Shown here one piece after another: positions 29,202 through 39,900 of a stretch of DNA of 64,000 nt; the stretch's first letter is position 1; each line of letters opens with the position of its first letter. The stretch spans positions 480 to 64,479 of IMG/VR virus record IMGVR_UViG_3300028883_000049. One strand, 5' to 3'. A program made the position numbers and the translations under genes. The notes beneath the pieces are model-generated. The model saw only the letters and a list, made by a program, of their open reading frames with translations, was not told the DNA's origin and did not search any database. The stretch comes from a virus. Lineage: Duplodnaviria; Caudoviricetes.

Positions 29202-30041
29202 TCAGGAACGAACCGCCGTCTCAAGCGAAAACGGCAACTCCGCGCACGAAAACCCGGAGGCCCCGGCATGACCTCCGCCACCGTACTTCTTCGCAATCCA
29301 AGACACGTCAACCCCGTCCTTGTCCGCGTACAAAGAGACCTTCCACCCGCGTGGACCACAGCAAAACAGCATCTTGGCGTCGTGCTCTTCATCGTCGTAA
29401 AACGCATCCAGAGCCAGCGAGTTGGCATTACCCCGATTCAGCGCCGCAAACCGCAGACCCTCGAACTCCAGCGTCATGCCATAATCCCTGGCATAGCCAT
29501 CGCTCAACTGCCGTTCGTACTCAAGCACGTTCCTCCCTCTCGACAATATTCCCAAGCAGTCGCCCTGTTGAAAAAGAAGCCCCCACATATCAACATTCTC
29601 AGGGTCCGCAAACATCAACCGCATCCCGTACTGAAACTCCAAAGCATCATCAACGTGATCCCACACGTCGTAACGCCCCAGCAAATAAACCGCCCTCGGC
29701 ATCTGCTCCGATTCATGCAGATATTCCCATGTCAGTTCGCAACCAGCTTTTCCGATCTCGCGATGACCGGCAATATTGGACAATCCCCATTCATCAGCAT
29801 CCGCCATCGCCGTCTTATGATGGTCGATCCAGATCAGATCAAACTCATTATTCAGCCGCCTCATGTCCGGCATGTCGAAACTGAAATCCACAATAAAAAC
29901 AACCTCTCCAGGCTCAAGCTCACTCCACGGCACAGGTTCGGCGTAGTCGATACCAAACAGTCGGCACTCGGGATATTTCAGTTTGACAATCGCCCCGCTA
30001 CACTTCCCATCCAGGTCGCCCCGGTGATAAAAACACAACAT
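29202..30041 (-). CDS. DHH/DHHA1 family phosphoesterase
   Basis: YH..DLDG, IVDFSF, WIDHH, GGGGH..ASGF. Confidence 0.88.
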   Translation of the reverse strand: MLCFYHRGDLDGKCSGAIVKLKYPECRLFGIDYAEPVPWSELEPGEVVFIVDFSFDMPDMRRLNNEFDLIWIDHHKTAMADADEWGLSNIAGHREIGKAGCELTWEYLHESEQMPRAVYLLGRYDVWDHVDDALEFQYGMRLMFADPENVDMWGLLFQQGDCLGILSRGRNVLEYERQLSDGYARDYGMTLEFEGLRFAALNRGNANSLALDAFYDDEEHDAKMLFCCGPRGWKVSLYADKDGVDVSWIAKKYGGGGHAGASGFSCAELPFSLETAVRS

Positions 30042-30362
30042 TATTTACCTCCCTTATCGACATGCAGCACAGCAGCCGCCGCCACATCGATCAGCGCATC
30101 ATCCACATCCCCGCCCTGCACGTAGGTTTCACGATAATTGTCGAACGCCTCGGCCACATCGTAGAAAGCACCGTCAGGCTCATCGTTTTGCACGTGACCC
30201 CCCGCCTTCACCCGCTCCTTCAAACGCTCAAGAACCTTGTCCAGAACATCCCTGCTTTCACAAAAATCAATCGCACAGCAACTCATAAACCCAACTCCTT
30301 AAATTTGACCGCCCAACAAAACCCGCCACCCGCAAGTAGCGGATTCGATCAACCGTCAAACA

Positions 30363-31079
30363 TCAACCCAGAATCTTTACTCCGCCGATCTCGTTGGCCA
30401 GCCATGCCTTAATCCGCGTAATTGCCGTGTTTTTCCACTGATCCCCGGCCTCGAAAATGGCAACAGCGGGGACATTATCTAAACCCTTCACCCGCAACAC
30501 GTACGGCGCTTCCACCTGCTCGACCTCAAGAAACGTCCTCACCGGCTTCAGCTTGATCGGATTCTTGATCTCAATAGTCTCAACCCGGCTCGCTCCCTTG
30601 CGCACGGTTAACTCCTGGCTCACCCCGTCATCGCTCAGCGTCGCGTCGGCAGACACCTTCAGCCCCGAAATCGCCTTGATAATCTTATTCTGAGTTTCCG
30701 TCTCTTCAAACTGGGTCATCAGCTTGATGGTCATCTCATCTTGTTTAAACCAGCGACCAAACTCGAACTCACTGAACACCCGTTTTGCCGTCAAATAATG
30801 TTCGCGTTTCCGATACGTTTCGTCCGCAATTCCGCTGAGCACCGTCACCGTGTATGGGTCAACCACATGGATCACCACATCGTCTGGCGACACATCCAGG
30901 TTCACGGTTTTCGATCCCCCAAAAAAGTCCACCACCGCCTGCAAGGAATGCACGGTCAACGGCTCGATCCTCTTCGGCTCAATTTCGTGAACTGCCCGGC
31001 TAGCAAACTTGCGCAAACCCACCTCGTGAACCTCAACCTTCGCCAGGTCGATCAACTTCTGAATCCCTTCAGCAATCAT
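30363..31079 (-). CDS. Conserved phage protein (DUF2303-like position)
   Basis: DDGVSQ...NPIKLKPVRTFLEVEQ; paired with the upstream gene. Confidence 0.6.
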   Translation of the reverse strand: MIAEGIQKLIDLAKVEVHEVGLRKFASRAVHEIEPKRIEPLTVHSLQAVVDFFGGSKTVNLDVSPDDVVIHVVDPYTVTVLSGIADETYRKREHYLTAKRVFSEFEFGRWFKQDEMTIKLMTQFEETETQNKIIKAISGLKVSADATLSDDGVSQELTVRKGASRVETIEIKNPIKLKPVRTFLEVEQVEAPYVLRVKGLDNVPAVAIFEAGDQWKNTAITRIKAWLANEIGGVKILG

Positions 31080-31450
31080 TCGTCCAATCCTCCTATCGTC
31101 GTTTTAGGGACCTCGCCAATGTGATCTCCTTCCGCCGGAAATCTAAGCTGCTCCGGGTTATGCTCCCAAATCTTTAACTGCGCCCCCTGTCTCCCCAGGT
31201 AGGCCCCGGACGCATACGGCGCATCAGCCTGAAGCTTGCATGACGAAGCCAACTCCATATCCGCCTCCCCACGCGACCCCTTCGGAATAATCGTGATCTT
31301 CAAGGCGATCTCCCTCTTGCCGTCGTTGGCGTTCGGGTCGTTGATGTTCGCCAATACCCGTGCCAGCTCCGCCTGAAACTTCTCCTCCAACGCCCCGTTT
31401 CCAAGCGTCGAAAGCGTCAATTCGTCGTAATCTTCCAAACCTCTCCCCAT
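31076..31450 (-). CDS. Conserved phage protein ('replication terminator'-annotated family)
   Basis: GALEEKF..EL..VL.NI.DPN....REI.LKI. Confidence 0.55.
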   Translation of the reverse strand: MGRGLEDYDELTLSTLGNGALEEKFQAELARVLANINDPNANDGKREIALKITIIPKGSRGEADMELASSCKLQADAPYASGAYLGRQGAQLKIWEHNPEQLRFPAEGDHIGEVPKTTIGGLDE

Positions 31451-31984
31451 ACTCTCCACCTCTCCGTTAAGACGCCTTACGCGCCGACTTCTGTTTCTCC
31501 AGACTGTCCGCTTTGCGCCGATGAGCCTTGGCATGCCTGATAGACCCCTGAGCCTCCAACCGGAAGGCTGTCACCCTGTGGCGTAAAATCTCGCCGTCAA
31601 CATCATCAAACATCGACTCAGCAAACTTCAGCTCCTGGTCGCTCATATCATAAGGATGCCTACCCTCAACATTGACACCCCTGGCCGATATCGGGACTGC
31701 GTAACCCGCAACACCATCGTCAGTATCTAATGTGCCACCAATAACCGCCTCAAACTCCTCACGGATGATCTGCCTCAACAATGACTCTTCAACGACAACG
31801 TTCATCCCATGCTCCTCTGTTTGTTCCGCTGCCACTCGTACCCGCGCGGCAAAAACTGGATTTCTTCAAACTCATGGCACGAAGGTTCCGGCCATCCATG
31901 AACCATCGACAACCACACAGCCCGCGCATGCCGTCCCCGCTTGTGACACCGCAATTCCTTTCTGCACTGGGGACATTCCAGCAT

Positions 31985-32350
31985 TCACGACCCCTCAACC
32001 CTTTCAACCCGCCCCGTCTCAGTGATCATGAACCGCGACCCGCCGCGCACGTCAACAATCTCCTTCAGCGCCAGCAGAAGGTCTGTCATTTCAACGCTGT
32101 GCAACGCATATCCCATGCGGTACGCAAGCCACTCCAACGGAAAAACGTTCTTACATAGCTTCATTAAAGGGACAATCAGATCAGGCGGGAAATGACGCGG
32201 ATCGTTTCGGTTAAACATCCGCACAAAAAGTTTGTAATCAATGCCCAACTCCGCAGCGACCTGCTTCGGAACCAGACCGGCCAGCTTATAACAACGCTCG
32301 CACGCTTCGGTCAGCGTCGTAATGTCATCCAGAAGCGACATATCAATCAT
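31985..32350 (-). CDS. CII-like phage regulatory protein
   Basis: HTH KQVAAELG...FN.ND.RHFP...LEWLA; near the start of the early operon. Confidence 0.65.
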   Translation of the reverse strand: MIDMSLLDDITTLTEACERCYKLAGLVPKQVAAELGIDYKLFVRMFNRNDPRHFPPDLIVPLMKLCKNVFPLEWLAYRMGYALHSVEMTDLLLALKEIVDVRGGSRFMITETGRVERVEGS

Positions 32351-32456
32351 GGCTCTCTCCTTTCCACACCGGCGACAAAACAGGCGACTTTATCCCCTTT
32401 GTCAAACCGAAAAATCCAACTACACTTTCAATATGATGATGAACAGACCGCTAAAA

Positions 32457-32624
32457 TCAAAGCGCCTGGCCCTTGCGCACTGGAAAATACTCGTCTTCAT
32501 ACTTATCAAGATGAGCAGCAATAGCCTCCTCAGCCTCTTCGACAAGCGTCCTTTTTCGCACAACAGCAAGCACAGAAAGCCGATAATGATAGTCCTCGTC
32601 AACCTTCAGGGTTTTTTGAGCCAT
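32457..32624 (-). CDS. Small ribbon-helix-helix regulator in Cro position (55 aa; not in ORF track)
   Basis: AAGGA RBS; MAQKTLKVDEDYHYRLSVLAVVRKRTLVEEAEEAIAAHL... Confidence 0.6.
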   Translation of the reverse strand: MAQKTLKVDEDYHYRLSVLAVVRKRTLVEEAEEAIAAHLDKYEDEYFPVRKGQAL

Positions 32625-32720
32625 AATATTTTTCCTTTGTCGAGCAACGTTTGTTGTGTCAAAATAGATAAATTTAATAGACTGTCTGTATGGCGCAGTC
32701 CCTTTGTGAATTAAACAATA

Positions 32721-32764
32721 ATCGACTAGGTAGATAATTGCAAGATAAAATCGACACAGTAGAT
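32721..32764. promoter_or_regulatory. Two candidate repressor operators
   Basis: ATCGAC-N3-GTAGAT quasi-palindrome at 32721 and 32750, in the divergent region. Confidence 0.55.
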
Positions 32765-33160
32765 AAAAAAATCGGAAAACTTGTTCTTTTAAAGAGAAAG
32801 GAACTAGGACTTAATCAGCAACAAGTTGCTGATATTATTGGTATATCAAAAGATTATGTTTCAAAAATTGAAAAGGGCGACAGAGAACCGAGCAAATTAG
32901 TAAAAAGGGGCATTGATGCTTTTTTATTAACTCCTGACAAAAAACGCCACACAGAAAAATATAGGAAATTTTCCGCTGAAGTCTTAAGCACCGCAGAAAA
33001 AGAATTTATGGTGAGGGACGCGACAACGACCCCAACCAAGGAAGATCGTGAAAAGGCTATCACCATGCTTGAATGGATCGCCAAAAACGCATCCCACGAA
33101 TATAAAACTATATTCAACTCAATCAGTGGAGCGTTTGTACGCAATGGCGGTAAATTCTAA
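32738..33160 (+). CDS. CI-like XRE repressor (no S24 domain)
   Basis: RKELGLNQQQVA..IG...YVSKIEKG..EPS; divergent from the lytic genes. Confidence 0.8.
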   Translation: MQDKIDTVDKKIGKLVLLKRKELGLNQQQVADIIGISKDYVSKIEKGDREPSKLVKRGIDAFLLTPDKKRHTEKYRKFSAEVLSTAEKEFMVRDATTTPTKEDREKAITMLEWIAKNASHEYKTIFNSISGAFVRNGGKF

Positions 33161-33406
33161 AGGGCTTTCTCTCTGAAATCGCCGCAGGAAAATTAAATTA
33201 CGACAAGTCCTTAAAACATTGATTCGATCCTGAACAGGCAACGAACGAAAAGCAAATAACAGCTTAGCCTCAAGGCTTGACAAAACCGGCTTCATCATGG
33301 CAGTCCCCTTCCAAGAATTGTAGAGGGGCAGAATATCACAGCGTTTTACTCGCTGAAAATATCTTATTTTGGATAAATAGAGGGGATTTATTCACACGAG
33401 GAATAA

Positions 33407-33814
33407 ATGCCAACAAAAGATTTTGGGCGGGCAATTAAAAAAGCTCGCGTAAGGGAGGGTCTGACACAGGGGGAACTGGCACGAAAAAGCGGCATCAGTC
33501 AACCGCGCATGTCGCGCATCGAAAACAGTCACGAGCTGCCGCCGCCGGACGTTGCCAGTGTCATTATGAAAAATCTTAACTCATCAAAAATCGGAATCAA
33601 ATATTGCGCCAATTGCCCTATCGCAAGATATGGTTGTGCTTTTCATCAGGAACCGACCAGAGCCGCAATGTCGTGGCTTGTTGAAAAAATACAGGACGAT
33701 CTGGAAAGGTTGGATAAAACGTCAAAAGCCGGAGACAAAAAAGCCTTTATGGATTGCTGCTGCAGACTTCACAGCACCCTGGACGTGCTGTTGAACAACT
33801 TATTCGAAGAATAA
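33407..33814 (+). CDS. XRE HTH regulator with Cys cluster
   Basis: GLTQGELARKSGISQ...IEN; YCANCPI...C. Confidence 0.75.
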   Translation: MPTKDFGRAIKKARVREGLTQGELARKSGISQPRMSRIENSHELPPPDVASVIMKNLNSSKIGIKYCANCPIARYGCAFHQEPTRAAMSWLVEKIQDDLERLDKTSKAGDKKAFMDCCCRLHSTLDVLLNNLFEE

Positions 33815-33827
33815 TGGGCGCGGAGAC

Positions 33828-34136
33828 ATGCTTAATAGCCGATATAAACTTTTTTTTACAATCTTACTTATTCAATTAACGGCACTTCCAACACAAGCCG
33901 GATGGTTCGAACCAGGCAACTATGATGAGTGTATTGACGCATACGTTCAAAAGGCAGAGCTTGATTACGCCGCACGGGTGTTAACAGGAATTTGCGGAAA
34001 ACACTTTTCACGAACATCACCACCGACAAAAAAAGAAATTCGCCTATATAAATGCATAGAGTCGTCTCTCCCTGAAGCAAAAACAAAAACAATGACTCGA
34101 ATTTTATTTAAACGCTGTAAAGAAAAAACGGAGTAG
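33828..34136 (+). CDS. Secreted four-cysteine protein (VF_A0006-like)
   Basis: Signal peptide; YDECI...C...KCI...C. Confidence 0.55.
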   Translation: MLNSRYKLFFTILLIQLTALPTQAGWFEPGNYDECIDAYVQKAELDYAARVLTGICGKHFSRTSPPTKKEIRLYKCIESSLPEAKTKTMTRILFKRCKEKTE

Positions 34137-34139
34137 CCC

Positions 34140-34439
34140 ATGCTTAGATATAAAAAACTCCTGCTCCAATCCATCGATCCCGACGGCGACAATCCCATGA
34201 CGCTGCGCGAACTGGCCAAGGCTCTCAAAATGCCAGTTCCCAGCGTTCATAATTATATTGAATACGACACCCTTCCGCGCATTGAAAATATTTCAAAAAT
34301 GGCCAATTACTACGGCGAAAGCATCAGCAGCCTGTTCAGTAACGACGACGATCTCACCGCTGACCTGATCAAACGCGTCCGCGCCCTGAACTCAGGCCAG
34401 AAAAAAAAGCTTCTTCAGGATCTCGACCATGGCCGTTAA
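34140..34439 (+). CDS. XRE HTH regulator coupled to the integrase
   Basis: TLRELAKAL...NY...LPR. Confidence 0.7.
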   Translation: MLRYKKLLLQSIDPDGDNPMTLRELAKALKMPVPSVHNYIEYDTLPRIENISKMANYYGESISSLFSNDDDLTADLIKRVRALNSGQKKKLLQDLDHGR

Positions 34440-35532
34440 CCCCCACCCGACAGAACCCAACTACTGGGTTATCGACTGGTGGGTTCCCAACACCCAGAAG
34501 CCCGTCAACCCAAAAACCGGAAAGCACCCGCTCAAGCGCAAACGCCAGCACTTCTTTGGAAAATACGAAGAGGCAATGTCACGCTGGTCAGATCTGGTCC
34601 AGCAGCACAGACAGACGCAAATCATTGGCAACCCGCGCATCAACGACATTATCCCCGGCTACCTCAACCACATCGAACTCAACAAGTCGCCCGGATATTA
34701 CAAATCCCTCTGCGCCGCCATGAAAAAGATCAAACCATTCTTCGGCAAACACCCGGTTAGCCATATCACCTACAGCCTGGTCGAAGACTTCAAGCGCCTG
34801 CACCGCAACACCCCGTCCCACACCAACCAGTGCCTGCGTTACCTGAAAATCATGATCAACTGGGCCGTCGAACAAAAAAAAGCTCAACCATTGCCGTTTA
34901 AAATCGTACCGCTGCCGCACACCGAAGCCCTGCCCCAGCCACCCAGTCCGGCAGAATTCGAACTGATCGTCAAAACCGTCCGCGACCACTTTCGTCAATC
35001 CGGCAAACCAGCACAATATCGCGCCACTGTCGAAGCTATGATCCACCTGCTCTACGTCACCGGACTGCGCTTCAACGAAGCCCGGCTCCTGCAGTGGGAA
35101 TATCTACGCTGGGACGATGGCCGCTGCCTCGTCGCCACGACTAAAACAAAAGTTCAGCGCTACTGCATCTTTCCCCAGGAAAGCCTTGACCTTCTCAAGC
35201 CCTATAAAAAACAACGCGGCTATATCTTCACCAACCCCCTGACCGGGAAGCCTGTTACCACCATCCGCAAAACCCTGAAAAACGCCGCAGAAGAGCACGA
35301 CATCCCCATGCGTGGACCCCATGACCTGCGCCACGCCGCCGGAACCGATACCCTCGACGCCACCGGCGATATCCGCGCCACCCAGGAACTCCTCGGCCAT
35401 GCAACCCTCAAAAGCACCCAGCGCTACACCCAGATCGCCCTCAAGCGCCGCCAACGCATCGCCGAACTCACCGCCGCCTTCAGAAAAGAAGAGCGCAACA
35501 TCGAAAAGGCATCAGCTGATGAAAAACGATAG
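34429..35532 (+). CDS. int: Tyrosine integrase of phage B
   Basis: TGLRFNE, K, HDLRH, LLGH...T.RY catalytic residues. Confidence 0.95.
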   Translation: MAVNPHPTEPNYWVIDWWVPNTQKPVNPKTGKHPLKRKRQHFFGKYEEAMSRWSDLVQQHRQTQIIGNPRINDIIPGYLNHIELNKSPGYYKSLCAAMKKIKPFFGKHPVSHITYSLVEDFKRLHRNTPSHTNQCLRYLKIMINWAVEQKKAQPLPFKIVPLPHTEALPQPPSPAEFELIVKTVRDHFRQSGKPAQYRATVEAMIHLLYVTGLRFNEARLLQWEYLRWDDGRCLVATTKTKVQRYCIFPQESLDLLKPYKKQRGYIFTNPLTGKPVTTIRKTLKNAAEEHDIPMRGPHDLRHAAGTDTLDATGDIRATQELLGHATLKSTQRYTQIALKRRQRIAELTAAFRKEERNIEKASADEKR

Positions 35533-35721
35533 ACACCTAGACCACACCTTAAACACTTGTAATCAGTCATTAATTTCCGCAGACCATAAAACTGGCAGTC
35601 AAAAGGTCCGCGGTTCGATCCCGCGTAGCTCCACCAGTAAAATCAACGGGTTAGCTATTTTCAGCTAACCCGTTTTTTATGCTTTAGTGTCTATAAAGTG
35701 TCTATTGTTTTTTTGTAGACA
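35530..35721. other. attP-like site: tRNA-Ala(GGC) 3' half as core (35591-35636), arm-type repeats on both sides, IHF box
   Basis: ACTGGCAGTCAAAAGGTCCGCGGTTCGATCCCGCGTAGCTCCACCA; TAGACAC at 35530; GTGTCTA at 35687 and 35698; TAGACA at 35716; AATCAACGGGTTA at 35641. Confidence 0.85.
35645..35678 (+). terminator. Terminator after the att core
   Basis: AACGGGTTAGCT-ATTTTC-AGCTAACCCGTT followed by TTTT. Confidence 0.8.
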
Positions 35722-35722
35722 G

Positions 35723-36202
35723 TTATATTGCTTTTGAAAAATTCGGTGGCGCGACTTTTGACATAACATATTCGCGAATCAAGGCAATGTCTGGAAAGTG
35801 CGTTCCAGGGCATGTTTTTTTAGCATAGTGGCGATGATAGTGAATATCGACAAGGGTTAAGTGGGGATAAATATGAAGCAACCCGGTCAGCAGGTTGATT
35901 AGTTTTTCTATTTTCCCGTCCGCATAAACAGACCCAGGCTCAACTTTGTCGTAGTTTCCAACCACGCAGATCCCGATCATGTCGTTACAGCCGACACAGT
36001 GAGCACCTTCGTACTGCAGCCCCCTGCCGGTAAACAATACCGGCCTACCATCAACAATCTCGATTAAATATTGATATCCTATTTCGTCCCAACCAAGCTC
36101 ACCACGGTGAAAACGCTTGATCGCATCATATGAAATTGTGTCTGTGTCCCTGGTCGCGGAATGGTGAACGACGATCCCTTTTGGCTGAAAAAGCGGCTTC
36201 AT
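35723..36202 (-). CDS. Endolysin, N-acetylmuramoyl-L-alanine amidase (Amidase_2)
   Basis: IVVHHSA, GW.EIGY, GAHC, IGICVVGNY, H...KTCPG. Confidence 0.9.
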   Translation of the reverse strand: MKPLFQPKGIVVHHSATRDTDTISYDAIKRFHRGELGWDEIGYQYLIEIVDGRPVLFTGRGLQYEGAHCVGCNDMIGICVVGNYDKVEPGSVYADGKIEKLINLLTGLLHIYPHLTLVDIHYHRHYAKKTCPGTHFPDIALIREYVMSKVAPPNFSKAI

Positions 36203-36205
36203 GTC

Positions 36206-36712
36206 TTACTCCTTCGGCCCGCTCTGCTTGGCGCGTCCCTGATCAATAATCGGTGCCGTGGCCGGATATTGCGGTAAATGGTAGATAACAACCCACAAAA
36301 AAAAGGCGATAACGCCCAGCACAACAAAAACAGCAACCTGCTCGGCAACTTTCTGCTTTAATCTTTCCCACCAGCCCAGGTTTTCTTTTTCTTCTTTTTT
36401 TGCTTCTTTGCGGGCTGATAGCCTGGCTTGACAATCAATATGTTCCTGCCACAGACCGTTCATCCTCTCGTTCAACGCGGTCAACTGGCTGTGCATGTCC
36501 TTTGTACGCTTGTCTGTTTCGCTGATCCGATAATGCAGCCTTTTGTGTTCGTCCTCGTGAGAATTAAGCCGCTCCGTCGCCCTTGCCAACGTCTCCATCG
36601 CCTTGGCAATACGCGGCATATTTGCATGAATATCGGAAACAATAGGTTTAAGCCCTGAAATTTCAGTTTCCAGCGTATGGACAGACTCTTTAATTTCAGA
36701 AAGCTCGTTCAT
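36206..36712 (-). CDS. Coiled-coil protein with C-terminal TM (holin/XhlA-like position)
   Basis: Single C-terminal hydrophobic helix; directly upstream of the amidase. Confidence 0.5.
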   Translation of the reverse strand: MNELSEIKESVHTLETEISGLKPIVSDIHANMPRIAKAMETLARATERLNSHEDEHKRLHYRISETDKRTKDMHSQLTALNERMNGLWQEHIDCQARLSARKEAKKEEKENLGWWERLKQKVAEQVAVFVVLGVIAFFLWVVIYHLPQYPATAPIIDQGRAKQSGPKE

Positions 36713-36777
36713 TTCCGCCTCGTTCAATATCTTATTGAACACATTTGCGCAACATGACTGTAAAATCAAGGGGATAT

Positions 36778-36972
36778 TTAAGGAAACGCGGCAATTCTTT
36801 CGGCAAGTACATGGCTATATTCCCTCATGTAATGCGCCTGCAAAAGAAGGCGTCCCCTTTCTGCCGTATCTAATAAGTTGAAAGGTTCCGTAGCAATAAA
36901 CGCCCCAAGTTTTTTCCGCTTATCATCCAGGGCTTTCTTTTCTTCTACCACCCTCTGTTGGTATGGTTGCAT
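36778..36972 (-). CDS. crAss001_48-like small phage protein
   Basis: MQPYQQRVVEEK..L...L..Q...M..Y..VL.ERI. Confidence 0.7.
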   Translation of the reverse strand: MQPYQQRVVEEKKALDDKRKKLGAFIATEPFNLLDTAERGRLLLQAHYMREYSHVLAERIAAFP

Positions 36973-36983
36973 CTTTTCAACTC

Positions 36984-39900
36984 CTATCGATTATAAACCA
37001 GTTCCCGCCGGTTCGGTTTCGCCCGCAGCGCCCGGCGCAGTGTCTGCGACGTGATCGGCGACACTAGGATTCCACTTGGTGACTTAAGGATCTTACGATT
37101 AAATTTCACGATATCGCGCAGCACATCCATGCGCTTGTCGCTGGCGCGATAGCGTGCCAAAAGATCGGCCTTGCGGTCCTGCCAATACTGCTTGGCTCGT
37201 CTCGCATCCCAACGCTTCTCTGTTTCTTTTGACGGTTTCAGCGGCATAAACCCGAACGAACGGATTATTGCCTCTTTTGGCGTATAGTGCTGTTGTCTTC
37301 CGTCGCTGCCGAATATCGGTCTGCCGCTCATGGTCTCGGTGCCGTCAGCATACAGGCGGTAAGCTCGCATAATGTTGGCCATCGCTTCCGGCGACAACTG
37401 TTCAACCGCACGGTAGGCGTCACCCTTGGCCGCAGCGTTTGAAGCATAGCGCACCTTCTGCGCCATACCTCCCCAGACGCCCGTCACCCGCTCAGCCAGG
37501 CTCTCATCATCCGGCGACAGCCAGGGGATATTCACCCCAATCGCCCGGCTGAAGTTCACCCCGCCCAACGCCGGAGCTCCGTGCAAAACAAAGTCCGCCA
37601 CCTGGTCGCCGAAATCGACATACTGGTTCCCCGTCTCCCGCAACCACCTTTCCAGCATCCTCAATGGCCGCTCACCAAACATCCGTCGATACCACTTATC
37701 AAGATCATCCCCAAACGGCATTGCCGCCAGTCCGCCGAACAACATCAGCGCCGTCAAGCTGCGCATGACCACGCCGAACTCCCCACGCGTCAAGCTGGTC
37801 AGCATCCCCAACAGATAGTTGTGCGTATAACTTTGAAAGGTATACAGCGTCCTCCCTAGCGGCCCCATCTTGCGCAGCATAGCCGGGACATTTTCTTTGC
37901 CGATCACAAAATGCACATCGTCGACAAAGCGTTCCGCCTTCTTCAACGCCTGCTCTTTTGTCATTCCTTTGGCTTTGAACACCCTGTAAGCCGCCAGCAA
38001 GGCAGGTTCACGGTTCCAGTAGGTCTCCACCGCCTGGAATGGGATCATCGCTTTCTCCGTCAACCATCGCAACCCGGACTGTCCCTTGCCCAGCACGCCG
38101 CCGTTATCATCCAGACCGCTCATAGCCCGCACGTAATTGGCATGGCTGCGACCGCGCCGCAAACCTTCGTCCAAAACCCAACGCTCCTCCTCGGTCAGCA
38201 CACCTTCCTTGCCTGCCTTCATCAACAGATGATCTTTGATCACGTCTCGTTGTGCCGCCAGGAGTCGACGCGTCGCCCGCTTGGTGTAACTGGACAGCTT
38301 AGCCTGACCCCAAACATAATTCTGCGTTGCGTTCAACATTGCCGAAGACGCCTTGAATCCAAGATACATCAATGCCGCAAAGCTCCGAGCCGTGCCGAAC
38401 CATTGATCAATATAGGTCGAATTCTTCAATGCATCGTCCACATACTCGCGCACCCAAACTTTATCGTTCGGCCTGTCTGCCGGAATCTGGCCCATAAGCC
38501 GGTTGCTGCGCATAGCGAATTCACTCTTACTCAACCACCCGGCCATGCCGCCGACAAACTGTGCCATAATCCCCGGCACGTTCTCGGTTTCGTAACCCTC
38601 GATCAAGTGATTTGCCCGATTCAGCCGGTGCCGCCCGAAACCACGCGCCGATATCTCGTCCGCCAGAATCCTCAACACCTGGCGCTGGACCGATAAGCCG
38701 TCCTCAATGACTCCCGCATCCGTGGCCTTGTCGAACGCCTTGGACAACAGCCCCTCAATCGCCCGGTGAGAACCAATCCCCAGAAAAATTTCTTCAGGCG
38801 TCGCCCGGTTCGGCTCGACAACCACTTCGTAAACCGCATCAGAGTCGAAGCTGTGCGGAATGTAGTCTTTCAGGTTTTTCTCTACTCTCCCGCGCAGGAT
38901 GTTCGCTCCACCCTTGGTCTTGGCCGGTTGCATCCAGACTTCGGTAAACGTCCCGTCATCATCAACCTGATACACCTTGACGTGCTGTTCCCCATCCTTT
39001 CGAATACGTGGCATATAACCCTTGACCTTGCCCCATTGGCTCCTCAGCTTGGCCAGCTCACTGTCGTACTCCTGCACCCCAAGGTAAGCGTTATACAGCT
39101 CTTCCTTTTCCAGCATCGGGTGATCTTCACCCCTGGCCAGGATGTCTTTCAGCGTTTTGAAATATTTTTGGCTCCTGAAGTTTGCCGCCGTAACAATATC
39201 GATATTCGCCGCGTCAACCGCCACCCGAGCCTCGTCATACAGGTTCATGTACCAGTTGTCTTTCATGCTGTGATTCTTCTGGATCTCCACCTTGGTGCGG
39301 CCAGCCATGATATCCTCAACCAGGGTGTCGAAAGACGGCTCACGGCGAAACTTACCTAAAACTCCCTCAACGTCGGATCGGCTCTTCATAATCCGGCGAT
39401 AAGCCCGCACAGCATGAATGTTCAGGTTGAACTTTTTCGCCAGAGCGGCCTTGGTCGGCTTTTCGTCCAGCAGCCTGACCAACTCGTCGTAATACTCCGT
39501 GCCCTCATACGGCACCAGGCGCAAACGCCCCAAGCGGTCGAACATCTCCTCAGAAGCATGTTCAAGGGTCTGGCGGGCGGCAAAGTACGCATCCTGAACC
39601 TTTTTCGGCACCGGCTTGCCCAGCGGATTTTTACTGCCCGATAGTTGCTCAGGCGAATAAACCGTTTCGTTGATATCACCCTCAACCATCAGCTTGTCGA
39701 ACTGTTCGCGCTCCTCCTTTTTCGCTGTGTGCCAGAAGTCACGCACCCCTTCCAACCCGGCATAGCCCTCCTCCGGTTTCGCCGCCATGACCTCGTACTT
39801 GATCTCGTTGCCACGTGCCCCGCGCTCAAGCGCCAGCTCGTAAGCCTGCGTACGCCACTTTGACTTTCGACTTCCATAGTGCGGATTCGACAATACCCCG

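Noticed and set aside
35560-35636. Intact tRNA-Ala or tmRNA gene
   Set aside because: No D-arm or 5' acceptor strand upstream; the CTGGCAG anticodon loop points to a tRNA-Ala(GGC) 3' half, not tmRNA
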